DNA of 64,000 nucleotides from an uncultured Gammaproteobacteria bacterium (GCA_963797555.1 CAWCPV010000011.1:28715-92714), one strand, 5' to 3'. Shown: positions 1 through 10,860, counted from the stretch's first letter. Notes: generated by a model not told the origin, from the letters alone. A program made the numbers and translations.

Positions 1-92
1 CTCCCCGTAGCTAGGGCTGCTGCCCCTCTGGACACAGCCCCCGGAAGCTGATTCAATGCCCCCATCGTTCACCAGGTGACGAGGGGGAGCAG

Positions 93-966
93 ATGGAGAA
101 GGGGTTGCCGAGGTGGTTGGGTGGGCGCGTGCTGAGCGCGGGGGAGCTTGAGAGCATACGGCGGGAGGCTCGGCTGGCGGAGCCCCGAGTGCGAGCCGAG
201 GTGGCGCGGCGGGTGTGTCGGGTGCTGGGGTGGACCGATGCAGCCGGTAGGCCCAAGCTGATGAGCTGTCGAGTCGGGCTGCTGCGGCTGCATCGGGCAG
301 GCTGGATTCGAGCTGCCGGCGCCGCGCAACGGTAACGGCAATGGGAAGGGGCTGTCGCGCGAGCCGCAAGATTGGCCCGCTGAGGTACCGGTGGTGGGCG
401 CAGTGCGGGATTTGCAGGGTCTGCACTTGGCGCCGGTTGCTGACCCGGCGGACTCGGCGCTGTGGAATGGGCTCATCGACCGGTACCATTATTTGGGCTA
501 CCGGCCGCTGCCCGGTGCCCAGCTGCGCTATCTGATTCGCTGGGACGCGGGTGTGGTGGGGGCCATGGGCTTCGGGGCCGCGGCCTGGAAGGTGGGCGTG
601 CGCGACCGCTGGATTGGCTGGGATGCGCCAAGCCGTGCGCAGCACCTGGGGCAGGTGCTGAACCATGCGCGGTTTCTCATTCTGCCGTGGGTGCGGGTGG
701 CGAACCTGGCCTCCAAGGTCCTCGGGCGGGCCGCGCGGCAGGTGCCGGGCGAGTTCGAAGAGCGCTACGGGGTACGCCCGGTGCTGCTGGAGACCTTTGT
801 CGAGGCCGGCCGGTTCGCGGGCACCTGCTACCGGGCGGCCAACTGGCATCATCTGGGGCAGACCACCGGGCGGGGCAAGCTCGACCGTGAGGCGCTGCCC
901 ATCAAGGATGTCTATGTGTATCCGCTCGATGGCCGCTTTCGCCGGGCGCTCGGGGGAGCCGCATGA
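93..966 (+). CDS. DUF4338 (DruA-like, Mom-like GNAT fold) IS passenger protein, one frameshift near 310-340
   Basis: ORFs 93..335 and 391..966 join into one protein with YHYLGY, GAQLRY, FLILPWVRVANLAS, LLETFVE, GTCYRAANW motifs; stop overlaps transposase ATG (ATGA). Confidence 0.8.
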
Positions 967-2297
967 ATGCCCTGGCCGAGGAGCTGGCCGCCATCGACTT
1001 GGGTGATGCGCGCCTCAACCGCCGGGCGCGACGCACCCTGGAGAAGCTGGGAGCCCATCCCATGCAGAGCATTCCCACCGCCTGTGGCGGCTGGGCCGAG
1101 ACCTTGGCGGCTTATCGGCTGTTCGACCATCCCCAGGTCACCGCCCAGGCGGTGCTCGAGCCCCATTACGCCTGCACCGAGCAGCGTATGCGCGAATACT
1201 CGGTGGTGCTGTGCATCCAAGACACCACGGAAGGGGACTATAGCGGCAAGAACGACATCGTCGGGCTGGGCCCGCTCAACTACGAGACCCGCCGTGGATT
1301 GTACCTGCACCCCACCCTCGCCGTGACCCCCGAGCGGGTGCCCTTGGGGCTATTGGATTGATGGAGCTGGACCCGCGAGGCGGGCAGTCTGGGCAAGGAG
1401 CAGGGCCGCCGGCCCATCGAGGAAAAAGAGAGCCTGCGCTGGCTGGAGGGTTATCGACGCGTCTCGGAGCTCATCGAGTCCCTGCCCGAGACCCAGTTGG
1501 TCTATGTCGCCGACCGCGAGGCCGACATCTACGAGGTGCTCGCGGAACGCGCCGCCACGCAGCCCTGCGCCGAGTGGCTCATCCGCGCCGAGCGCGCCCG
1601 GCTCGCAAGCGCGCCGGTGCTGGCCGAGGCCGAATTCGACCTGCCCGCCACCGCTAGGCGTCCGGCGCGGCGCATCCACCAGCAACTGCGCGTCGCACGC
1701 CTCACTTTCAAGGCCCCGCATCGCTCGGACCGCACCCTGGCGGACATCGAGGTGAGCGCCGTGCTGGCCCGCGAGGTGGACCCGCCCCAGGGCGAGGAGC
1801 CCATCGAGTGGCTGCTCCTCACCAGCCTCCCCGTCGAGACCGCCGAGCAGGCCCTGGAGAAGCTGCAGTGGTACCTCTGCCGGTGGCAAATCGAGGTGTT
1901 CTTCAAGATCCTCAAAAGCGGCTGCCGCATCGAGAAGCTGCAGCTCGAGACCCTCGAACGCCTGGAGCCCGCGCTCGCCTTCTACCTCATCATCGCCTGG
2001 CGGGTGCTCTACCTCACCCTGCTCGGGCGCGACTGCCCGCAGATGCCCTGCAACGTGGTGTTCGCCGAGGAGGAATGGCGCGCGGTGTATATCGTCACCA
2101 AGCGCCAGCCCCCGCCTGAGACACCCCCCTCGCTCGATGCGATGGTGCGTATGGTGGCGAGCTTCGGCGGCTTCCTCAATCGCAAGGGCGACGGCTTCCC
2201 GGGTCCGCAAAGCCTGTGGATCGGGCTGCAGCGAACCCGCGACTTCGTGCTCGCCATGGACGCACAACGGGCCTCACAGAGCCCGAGATGTGTATAA
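963..2297 (+). mobile_element. IS4-family (IS50/Tn5-like) transposase, frameshifted at ~1360
   Basis: LGDARLNRR, IQDTTE, VYVADREADIY, Y-(2)-R-(3)-E-(6)-K (YLCRWQIEVFFKILK) signature, GGFLNRKGDGFPG; followed by IS50-like end AGATGTGTATAACGACATG at ~2286-2304. Confidence 0.9.
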
Positions 2298-2469
2298 CGA
2301 CATGGGTATTACCTCCACACCGACACACGGTCGGGATATCCTGACCGACGCTCGTGCAAGCTCGCCAGTCAGGAAATTGCCGCACGAGTTTCTTGCAGTG
2401 GCCCGTTGATCGATGGATGTCGGTCGGGCTTGCGTGCCCGATTTACAGGACTGGCGGAGTTCGGTATTC

Positions 2470-2685
2470 CGCCCGGCACCTGCACTTCACCCCCACCTCT
2501 TCGTCCTGGATGAATCGGGCCGAGCGGTTCTTCAGCGACCTGGGCGATTTTCTCGCCGAAGGCAGCCTAGCTCCGTCAATGCGCTCGCTGAGGCCATCGT
2601 CGCCTTCCTCGCTGAGCGCAAACGCCCACCCCAAGCGCTAGTATCTGGAACGCCAGGGGCGAGGACATCCTGCCCAAGATCGTTC
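2470..2685 (+). pseudogene. IS630-family transposase C-terminal remnant
   Basis: HLHFTPTSSSWMNRAERFF and SVNALAEAIVAFLAE...W(N)ARGEDILPKI spread over several frames. Confidence 0.75.
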
Positions 2686-2744
2686 CCCCGTGGTGGGCCT
2701 ATAATGTGGCGACCATAGCGAGGCATGTATCACGGGCGGATGCG

Positions 2745-3434
2745 ATGCGCGTGCTGGTGATCGAGGACAATCGGGACCTGGCTGCAAACCTGTACGATTT
2801 CCTGGAAGGGAGCGGCCACACTGTGGATTCGGCAGCGGACGGGATAACGGGTCTGCACCTTGCGCTCGTCAACGATTACGACACCATCGTGCTCGACCTC
2901 ATGCTGCCGGGCATGGATGGGCTCGATGTCTGCCGCAAGCTGCGCGACGACGCCCACAAGGACACACCGGTGCTCATGCTCACGGCCCGCGACACGGTGG
3001 AAGACAAACTGGCCGGCTTCGACAGCGGAGCCGATGACTACGTGGTCAAACCTTTTTCTCTGCGCGAGGTAGAAGCCCGCCTCAAGGCGCTGACCCGCCG
3101 CGGGCACGCAGGTTCGTCCCGGCAGGTGCTGCGCGTTGCGGACCTCAGTTTCGATGTGGGCACCCTGCGTGTGCGCCGCGGCGACCGCGACATCGATCTG
3201 CCTCCGATCCCTCTCAAGATCCTGGAACTGCTCCTACGGAAATCACCCCGCGTGGTGTGGCGCCGGGAGATCGAGCAGACGGTCTGGGGAGACACCCCTC
3301 CCGACAGCGACGCGTTGCGCGCCCACATCCATGTGCTGCGCAGCGCCGTCGACGGACCCAGCCAACAGCCTCTGCTGCGTACCGTCCGCGGCATCGGCTA
3401 TCAGCTCGCCGCTCCGGATGCGCTATCGACGTAG
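2745..3434 (+). CDS. OmpR/PhoB-family response regulator (ColR-like)
   Basis: MRVLVIED, LDLMLPGMDG, MLTARD, GADDYVVKPF, winged-helix tail TVRGIGY. Confidence 0.93.
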   Translation: MRVLVIEDNRDLAANLYDFLEGSGHTVDSAADGITGLHLALVNDYDTIVLDLMLPGMDGLDVCRKLRDDAHKDTPVLMLTARDTVEDKLAGFDSGADDYVVKPFSLREVEARLKALTRRGHAGSSRQVLRVADLSFDVGTLRVRRGDRDIDLPPIPLKILELLLRKSPRVVWRREIEQTVWGDTPPDSDALRAHIHVLRSAVDGPSQQPLLRTVRGIGYQLAAPDALST

Positions 3435-4797
3435 TCTGCGCCATCGTGTGGTGCTCGCCTTCGCCCTGTTTGGCGGCGCGGTGAGCCTGATGCTAGCGTT
3501 CGGCCTGTACGTCTCCACCATGGATCTGGAGAAGCGGCTGGTGGACGAGGCCCTGGCCGCGGATCTCGACGACTACCTGGCGCAACTGCGTGACGATCCG
3601 CATTCCCCGCCGCCGGCGTCCTCGAGGCTGAGGGTATACGTACGGGCTGCGGACGAGCGCGGCGGCGATATCCCGACCGGGGTGCGCGGGCTTGGCCCCG
3701 GTCGCTACCAGATGGTGTTGGGAGACTTGCCTTATCGGGTACAGGTGGCCGACCGGGACGGCAAACGCTTTTATTTCTTGTTCAACGAAAGCCAGCTGGT
3801 GCGCCGGCGCCACTATGTCCTGGGCTATCTGGCGGGCGGCGTGCTGGTCATGGTGGTGATGTCTGCCGCGGGTGCCCTGTGGCTGGCGGGTGGTGTCATC
3901 TCGCCGGTGACGGAGTTGGCCCAGCGTGTGCGGGGGCTGGGTCCGGAGGGAACCTCGCGCCCGCTGGTCGAAGATTTCCCGGGCGATGAGGTGGGTGAGC
4001 TGGCGACAGCCTGCGACCGTTACCTGGAGCGGCTGCGCGGCTTCATGGATCGCGAGCGTGCCTTTACCGCTGATGTCAGTCACGAACTGCGCACGCCGCT
4101 CGCGGTCATCAACGGCGCGGTCGAGGTCCTGCTCGCGGACGATAATCTCTGCGAGCGGACTCGCAACCGCATCTCGAGGATCGAGCGCGCGGCGCAGGAG
4201 ATGTCCGAGATCATTTCGGCGCTCTTGGTGCTGGCCCGCGAAGATGCAGCTGGCGCCCCGCCCGCGGCGCCTTGCGCCGTGGAGGCCCTGCTCCACGAGG
4301 CCGTGGACAAGCACCGCTATCTCCTCGCAGGCAAGCCAGTCGAGGTCGCGCTCACGGTCGATGCCTCCGTTTCACTGCCGGTGGCGCCTACGCTACTCTC
4401 CATCGTGCTCGGCAATCTAATCCGCAATGCGTTTTCGTACACCGACCAAGGGCTTATTCGCGTGGGCCTGACAGGCAAAGGAGTGACCGTGCAGGATACC
4501 GGTTCGGGGATGCGCCAGGAAGACCTGGCGCGTGCTTTCCAGCGCTACCACCGCGGTGCCAATCGCCCGGGCGAAGGTATCGGTCTGTCCCTGGTCAAAC
4601 GGATCTGCGACCGCTATGGGTGGGACATCGCGATCCGCAGCGAAGAGGGCAGAGGGACCGCGGTACGTCTCGTGTTTCACCGGACCGACACGCGAGGTCC
4701 GGCCCCCGGTGGGCCAGCCGGGCCGTCTGCTGCCGCTATCTTAACTAAAACTTCACGAAACGATTACACTTCGTTAACGTCGCTGCCGCTATCCTGA
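3418..4797 (+). CDS. HAMP sensor histidine kinase (ColS-like)
   Basis: Two TM segments, H-box SHELRTPL, N-box NLIRNA, DTGSG, GIGLSLV; overlaps the regulator stop. Confidence 0.92.
   Translation: MRYRRSLRHRVVLAFALFGGAVSLMLAFGLYVSTMDLEKRLVDEALAADLDDYLAQLRDDPHSPPPASSRLRVYVRAADERGGDIPTGVRGLGPGRYQMVLGDLPYRVQVADRDGKRFYFLFNESQLVRRRHYVLGYLAGGVLVMVVMSAAGALWLAGGVISPVTELAQRVRGLGPEGTSRPLVEDFPGDEVGELATACDRYLERLRGFMDRERAFTADVSHELRTPLAVINGAVEVLLADDNLCERTRNRISRIERAAQEMSEIISALLVLAREDAAGAPPAAPCAVEALLHEAVDKHRYLLAGKPVEVALTVDASVSLPVAPTLLSIVLGNLIRNAFSYTDQGLIRVGLTGKGVTVQDTGSGMRQEDLARAFQRYHRGANRPGEGIGLSLVKRICDRYGWDIAIRSEEGRGTAVRLVFHRTDTRGPAPGGPAGPSAAAILTKTSRNDYTSLTSLPLS
4741..4778 (+). promoter_or_regulatory. Tandem pentamer array at 11-bp period, putative OmpR-family operator upstream of sulP
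   Basis: TTAAC(4741), TTCAC(4752), ATTAC(4763), TTAAC(4774) in an AT-rich patch within a GC-rich context. Confidence 0.5.
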
Positions 4798-4841
4798 CGA
4801 GCGCTCGGTTCCCCTTGCGCCCGCCCGGAGTAGCGACGCTG

Positions 4842-6686
4842 ATGCCACGTAAGGCCACAACCTACGCAGTCTGGCTTGGTCGCCTGGCGCCGTTTACCCG
4901 CTGGTGGCCCCTGGTCAATAAGGAGACCATGCGCCGCGATGTCCTCGCCGGCCTGACCGGCGCCATCGTAGTGCTGCCACAGGGGGTGGCGTTCGCTACC
5001 ATCGCGGGGATGCCCCCCGAGTATGGTCTCTATGCCGGCATGGTGCCGGCTGTCATCGCCGCGTTGTTCGGGTCGTCCTGGCATCTGGTGTCGGGACCAA
5101 CGACAGCGGCGTCCATCGTGCTGTTCTCGGCCCTCAGCGTCTATGCGGAGCCGGGGACCGCGCACTATGTACAGCTTGCTCTCACCCTGACGCTTATGGT
5201 CGGGTTCATCGAACTCACGATGGGTTTGGCTCGCCTCGGCACGCTCGTGAATTTCATCTCCCACTCGGTGGTGATCGGCTTCACCGCGGGCGCCGCTATC
5301 CTCATCGCCTCGAACCAGCTCAAGCACTTCTTCGGTATCGAGATCCCGCGCGGCGGGCATCTGCACCACACGCTGCACGCGTTTGCCACCCAGGCGGACC
5401 AGATCAATCCCTACGTGACGGCGATAGGCATGGTGACGCTGCTTTCGGGCGTCGCCATCAAACGCTACTTTCCGCGGGTGCCGTACATGATCGTGGCGCT
5501 CCTGGCGGCGAGCTTCGTGTCCGTTGCGCTGAACGCCTTCCTAGGGCTGCAGCAGACCGGAATCCAGACCGTGGGCGCCTTGCCGGCCAGGCTGCCACCC
5601 CTCTCCGCGCCGGATCTCTCGTTCCATACCATCCGCATGCTGGCACCCGCGGCCTTGGCTGTGACCCTGTTCGCTCTGACCGAGGCCGTGTCGATCGCCC
5701 GAGCTCTGGCAGTGCGCGCCGGGCAGCACATCGACGGCAACCAGGAGTTCATCGGCCAGGGTCTGTCGAACATGTTCGGCAGTTTCTTCTCAGCCTATGT
5801 TGCCACCGGTTCCTTCAACCGCAGCGGCCTGAACTACGATGCGGGCGCCCGGACGCCGCTGGCCGCGGTGTTTGCGGGGGTGATGCTGATGGGCATTGTG
5901 CTGCTGGTGGCGCCGTTAGCGGCCTATCTGCCGAATGCAGCCATGGCCGGCGTGCTGTTCCTGGTGGCGTGGGGCCTCATCGACTTCCACCACATTCGCC
6001 AGATTATCCGCACCAGCCGTTCGGACACCGCCATCCTGGCTACGACCTTCTTCGCTACGCTGTTCCTGGAGCTGCAGTTCGCGATTCTGTTTGGAGTGAT
6101 CCTGTCACTGGTCCTGTATCTCAACCGCACTTCGCGCCCCCAGATCTACGTCCGGGTTCCCGATCCCGATGATGTGGACCGCAAGTTCACCACTAATCCC
6201 GCACTGCCGGAGTGCCCCCAACTGCGTATCATCCGCGTCGACGGCTCCCTGTTCTTCGGCGCTGTGAGCCATGTGGAGGAGACATTGCGGACATTCGAGG
6301 AGGAGGACCCGGGCCAGAAGCACTTGGCGATCGTGGCCTCGGGCATCAACTTCATCGACGTGGCCGGGGCCGAGTTCCTTGCGCTGGAGGCCCGGAGGCG
6401 CCGCGCGCAGGGCGGCGGTCTCTACCTCATACGGGCGAAGCCAGGGGTGCTGGCCCCGCTGAAACGTGGGGGCTACTTGGAGGACATCGGCGAGGAGAAC
6501 GTCTTCTCGGGCAAGACGCATGCCCTTGCCAACATCTTCGAGCGGCTGGACAAGGAACAGTGTGCGTATTGCACGCGGCGCATCTTCCGAGAGTGCCAGA
6601 CCCTGCCGCCGCCCAAGGGAGGCACGGGACAGTGGACACCAGCCAGGAAGGCTGCCGGTGTTCCCGCCTCGGTGGAAGCCGCGTGA
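4842..6686 (+). CDS. SulP-family inorganic anion transporter with STAS domain
   Basis: DVLAGLTGAIVVLPQGVAFA, GLYA, NQEFIGQGLSN, STAS (GSLFFG, FIDVAG), C-terminal CxxC..FREC. Confidence 0.93.
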   Translation: MPRKATTYAVWLGRLAPFTRWWPLVNKETMRRDVLAGLTGAIVVLPQGVAFATIAGMPPEYGLYAGMVPAVIAALFGSSWHLVSGPTTAASIVLFSALSVYAEPGTAHYVQLALTLTLMVGFIELTMGLARLGTLVNFISHSVVIGFTAGAAILIASNQLKHFFGIEIPRGGHLHHTLHAFATQADQINPYVTAIGMVTLLSGVAIKRYFPRVPYMIVALLAASFVSVALNAFLGLQQTGIQTVGALPARLPPLSAPDLSFHTIRMLAPAALAVTLFALTEAVSIARALAVRAGQHIDGNQEFIGQGLSNMFGSFFSAYVATGSFNRSGLNYDAGARTPLAAVFAGVMLMGIVLLVAPLAAYLPNAAMAGVLFLVAWGLIDFHHIRQIIRTSRSDTAILATTFFATLFLELQFAILFGVILSLVLYLNRTSRPQIYVRVPDPDDVDRKFTTNPALPECPQLRIIRVDGSLFFGAVSHVEETLRTFEEEDPGQKHLAIVASGINFIDVAGAEFLALEARRRRAQGGGLYLIRAKPGVLAPLKRGGYLEDIGEENVFSGKTHALANIFERLDKEQCAYCTRRIFRECQTLPPPKGGTGQWTPARKAAGVPASVEAA

Positions 6687-6868
6687 GGAGGCCGCGGCTC
6701 GGTTGACGCCATCGCCCGGTCGGGGGAGCCCGTCCACGGTGGGTGGAGCGCCCTTCGCCACCTCGGTCCCCCGGTGGCCGGTTGCGTTACCGGGCGCGAG
6801 CGCCGATTCTGTTGCTCGGGCGGTGGTGCCAGGCTATGGCATGGCCCAACCAGCGCATATCCCCCACA

Positions 6869-7909
6869 CTACTGCGGGCCTTCGGTGGCCCCCGTCCGCC
6901 GAGCAAGCTCTTCGTCCACGATTTGGGCAAAGCGGGCGAAGGGCTGCGCACCCATCAAAGGGATGCCGTTGATGAAGAAGCCGGGGGTACCCGATACCCC
7001 GGCTTGCTCGCCCTCCTTGAGATCCTCCTGCACCGTGGCCTGGTATTTGTGGCTCGTTAGGCACTGCTCGAAACGCGGCACGTCGAGCGCCAGCTGTCTC
7101 GCGTAGCCGACGAGACTCGCGTCATCGAGCTTCGACTGGTGCTCGAACAGGATGTCGTGATATTGCCAGAATCGTCCCTGCTCGGCCGCGCAGCGGCTCG
7201 CCTCCGCCGCAGCCTCCGCCCCCGAGTGGATCGACGTCAGCGGGAAGTCTCTGTACGCGAGGCGGATCTTGCGGTCGTATTTCTTCAGCAGCTCGTGCAG
7301 CACGGGCAGCGCCCGCTTACAGAACGGGCACTGGTAGTCGGAGAACTCGACGATGGTAACGGGCGCGTCGCTATCGCCCAGAACCCGTGCGGGGTCGAAG
7401 CCGACCGCCACGCGTGGAGGCACGAGCATGACCCGCACGTCGGCCTTCCCCCGCAGACTTTGTAGATACGCGGCACGCACCCGCGCCACCTTGACCTTCT
7501 TCAGGAGTTCCCGAAGCTGCGCCTTGATCTCCTCCAGTGGGCGCTCGATCTTGGCTTTCTGAGCCTGGTAAAAGCTCTCGACCTCGCTGTCGGTCGGCTC
7601 GGGCACCTTGGAGAACACCTCCTGTTGCAGCAAGTCCTCGACTGAGATGGCTTTCGCCTTCGCTGCCTTGTCAAGCAGGCGCTGGTCAATCGCCTGCTCG
7701 ATCGCATCGTTCTTGATCTGGTATTCCTGGGTACGCAACTGCTGCAGCTTCGAGCGGATCAAGGGCAGGATATCCTGCTCGGTAATCGGATGGCCATCGA
7801 CGCTCGCGAGCGGCTCTTCGGCCTCCGCCGGCCCTACGGCGTGCGCGCTGTGTCCCGTACTACCCAGCAGGAGAGCTAACGACAGCAAGGCCAATAGTCT
7901 CAGGCGCAT
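6869..7909 (-). CDS. Periplasmic DsbA-family thiol oxidoreductase with SurA-N-like helical domain
   Basis: Signal peptide, EFSDYQCPFC, cis-Pro GTPGFFING, GAQP; GAGGAG RBS. Confidence 0.88.
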   Translation of the reverse strand: MRLRLLALLSLALLLGSTGHSAHAVGPAEAEEPLASVDGHPITEQDILPLIRSKLQQLRTQEYQIKNDAIEQAIDQRLLDKAAKAKAISVEDLLQQEVFSKVPEPTDSEVESFYQAQKAKIERPLEEIKAQLRELLKKVKVARVRAAYLQSLRGKADVRVMLVPPRVAVGFDPARVLGDSDAPVTIVEFSDYQCPFCKRALPVLHELLKKYDRKIRLAYRDFPLTSIHSGAEAAAEASRCAAEQGRFWQYHDILFEHQSKLDDASLVGYARQLALDVPRFEQCLTSHKYQATVQEDLKEGEQAGVSGTPGFFINGIPLMGAQPFARFAQIVDEELARRTGATEGPQ

Positions 7910-8159
7910 GGTTGCTCCTCGGTTGGCGTCCAACGTTGCCGCAGGCCGCCTGGTGCCCCAACGAATCAAAAGGTTAGCATGCGGTTGGATGACTTCTCAA
8001 TGAGCCGTGGTGGCAGGCGAAGCGGGCTAGACCGTGGGGTGGGGCAGGCGCTGGCTGATGAGCGCGGGTAGAGCTGGCGCCTGGTTGCATGGATCCATGA
8101 TCGATGAGGAAGTCCCAGAGAGAGATGTGGAATGCCGCGCCAGGCGGTACACAAGCATG

Positions 8160-8360
8160 TCCCGCTGCCGACGGCACCCCCTCCCTGCGCCGCAGAAGCT
8201 AAGCACCTCTAATGGGTCTCATCGAGCGCTGAGCGAATTCTACGCGGCCCACGGGGATATTGCGCGCTGCGGGGTACCCCACCAGAGGCGCACCCACTAG
8301 GTTGGACCTGATCGGCCAAGTCTTGATCGATTCGAAGGAGCAGAGTCAAACAAAAACGCG
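8160..8360 (-). pseudogene. Decayed IS-associated Cys-rich hypothetical protein remnant
   Basis: LLLRIDQDLADQVQ..GC..GG..SAQYPRGPR...SFC..GCRR across broken frames; resembles a small protein I recall beside DDE transposases. Confidence 0.35.
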
Positions 8361-8669
8361 TGGAACACTGGAGTCGTCTCCCTCTGTCTCGCCCGACAAA
8401 GGAAATGACCCCCTCCGCGGCGGCTTCCTCAAGCTCCTTGACGGGTCTCATCCCCGTCCCTAGGCGAGCGCAACCGAAATCCGGCCGGAACCCCTGTAGT
8501 CACGTCAATGCAACCCCAACCCCAACCCCAAAACTCAACACCTGGACTCATCGACGGAGTTTGACGGGACCGTGGAGGCTGGCCGGACGGTGTTGCCGCA
8601 GCGGGACCGGGACAATATGCTCGCTAAACACCACCCGCGCGGTGGCATCTCAGCGTAGAGTTCCCAAAC

Positions 8670-9002
8670 ATGCCAAGACTCCGGAAGATCGCGTTCTCTC
8701 TGCTCCTGTCGTCCGTCGCCATGTCCGCATTCGCTCAGTACGGCAACCCGGAGTACTGGTCGGCGGGCCCTATCCATTATGGCCCGTGCTGGCGCCAGCC
8801 ATACTACGGCTATCCTTACCCGTGCGGCCAGGGAGCGCCCTGCACCTCGGGGGCACCTGCCGGGTCCCGAACGCAGGGCCGTGCCCCGAACCCGGCACAA
8901 CCCTACGCCCAGCCAGGCCCAGTCTACCCGGGGTTGTCGGCAGCCCCGGGGCAAGTGTGGGGAGGCCGTTACTTCGGAGCGTTCCCCTATGGGTACCAAT
9001 AG
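8670..9002 (+). CDS. Secreted Gly/Pro/Tyr-rich protein (sulfur-globule-protein-like composition)
   Basis: Sec signal ending AFA, low-complexity mature part with PYYGYPYP and FGAFPYGYQ. Confidence 0.55.
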   Translation: MPRLRKIAFSLLLSSVAMSAFAQYGNPEYWSAGPIHYGPCWRQPYYGYPYPCGQGAPCTSGAPAGSRTQGRAPNPAQPYAQPGPVYPGLSAAPGQVWGGRYFGAFPYGYQ

Positions 9003-9089
9003 ACCATGCGGGGAGGGGGATAGCTGTACAGCATGGTGCAAAGGCCGCGGCAAGCTCCTCCGGTTGGGGGCGACGGGTGGGTATGCCTC

Positions 9090-10410
9090 TCTCAAGAAAC
9101 AGAACTGTAGGCAGCCGTTTTCATGCGGCTGCTCCTATCGGGTTGATTTGGAAGCCCAGCGCAGTGGCGCGGCGCTTAAGGGCGGCGATACTGCGTTCGC
9201 GCTGCTGCTCGTAGCGCTGCTGGCCCTGATCGACGAAGGTCTCGCCGCGGGTGAGCATGAAGTACACCATGCGCGCGAGCTTGTGTGCGCTTTCGAACCG
9301 CTCCAAGTCGGTGCCGATCTCGCTCCAGATCTTCATCACCGAGTCCAGCCCCAAGCCGTTGATGCGCGTGAGGTCGGCACCCGCCCAGTTGGCGAGGTGC
9401 TGGCGCACGTCGAACTGCGCTCGCGCCCTGCTACCGGCTCGCGGCGCTTTACCCAAATCGACGCTGACGGCTCGGCGAGCAGCGCTTGCAGCTTGAGATC
9501 GCACTCTCGAAGATGCTGCGCGATGTCCTCATACATCCCCAGCGCCTGCTTGAGCACGAACAGGTGCTCCTCGCGCCAGTTGCCCGTCAGCGCTCGCGCG
9601 ATGTCTTGCTCGCTGGCCCGGATGCGCCGGCTGACGGTGCCGCGCCAGCACCCGCGCATCGCGCTGGCCGGACACAATGTCGCCGATGATCGCCTGGCCC
9701 GTCACGTCGCTGATGACCTCGGTGAGCTGGATGTTCATCTGCACTAGCGCCTTTTGCATGCGCTGCACCCAACTGGCCTGCTCGGTGAGCCGCGGGTCGC
9801 AACGCTGCGCGCAGCAGCCCATGGCTCACGAGCTTTTGCAGCCACTGGCAGTCCTGCACGTCGCTCTTGCGCCCCGGCACGTACTTCACCTGCCGCGCAT
9901 CAACCCGCCACACCTTCAAGCCGCGGCTCTCCAACACCTCGTACACCGGGACCCAGTACCCCCCAGTGGACTCCAGCGCCACCCCATCGACCCCGCAGGC
10001 GAGTAGCCAGTCGGCCAGGGCGTTGAGGTCATCGGTCATCGTAGCGACTTCGCGCACCGGGGCATCGCTGCTATGCGCAGGCACTGCCACCCAGTGACTC
10101 GATGCCCCTACCTCCACCGCCGCCGCGTTGGGAAAAACCTCCTCTTCTCGCTTGCGCATCGCCATGGCCTGCTCCACTATCGTTGAGGAACGGCCTCGAT
10201 CTCTCAAACGGGATGCGGCTCGCGCCGCTCACCCATGTCACCGACGATTCCCGGACCATGCTCAGAGACGAGCTCGCACCAAGGCGTCGGCTAACGCCGC
10301 GGGCTCGCACCCATGACGTGTCGGTCATCTCGGCGCTGCCGCTCACCTTGTACCTCATCGGCGCTTCTTCCAGAACACCTGGCCCGCGCGCGGGATTGGG
10401 TTGCTCAGAG
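9090..10410 (-). mobile_element. IS110-family element, recombinase pseudogene (9121..10167) with ~240-bp left non-coding end
   Basis: VAVP, ALESTGGYW, VPGRKSDVQDCQWLQKL, AHKLARMVYFML, LKRRATALGF; several frameshifts and internal deletions. Confidence 0.88.
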
Positions 10411-10860
10411 CTGACTTGAAGATACCGTGGCTCAGGCAGCAGCGTGAGCCGGCTGTTGTTGCGGCGTCACGCGATAGCCGAGGCTCTGCAGGCGCCTGAC
10501 CAAGCGGTTCACAGTGACGTTCCGGGCGGCATCGGTCGAGTTTAGTGCGCCCCGATCTCACGGTAAGGCTCATGGCGTTGCACGAGGTGATAGCCGATCA
10601 CGAGGATCGAATGCGCGACGGCCAGAATTGCCCGTTTCTTGCCGCGGTGCGGGCCGCCAGGCGATGATACTGCGCCGACAGATAGTTGTTCTTGGTGCGG
10701 GCGGCTGCCATTACGGGTACAAGAACCACCTGCCTGCCCACACGCGGGTGCGCAGGTACGAGGTGACCGATCCCACCGTGCACGACAGTCCGGTGTTTGA
10801 GCCGCTGCTCGACCGCGCCAACACCAACACCAACACCGAGGTCTGAGCCGAGCTGCCTGC
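10411..10860 (-). pseudogene. Second IS110-family recombinase, 3' remnant
   Basis: AARTKNNYLSAQYHRLAAR, RGKKRAILAVAHSILVIGYHL, LVRRLQSLGYRV across frames. Confidence 0.8.

Noticed and set aside
8395-8451. VKELEEAAAEGVI resembling a glycine/proline reductase B fragment
   Set aside because: Too short to support
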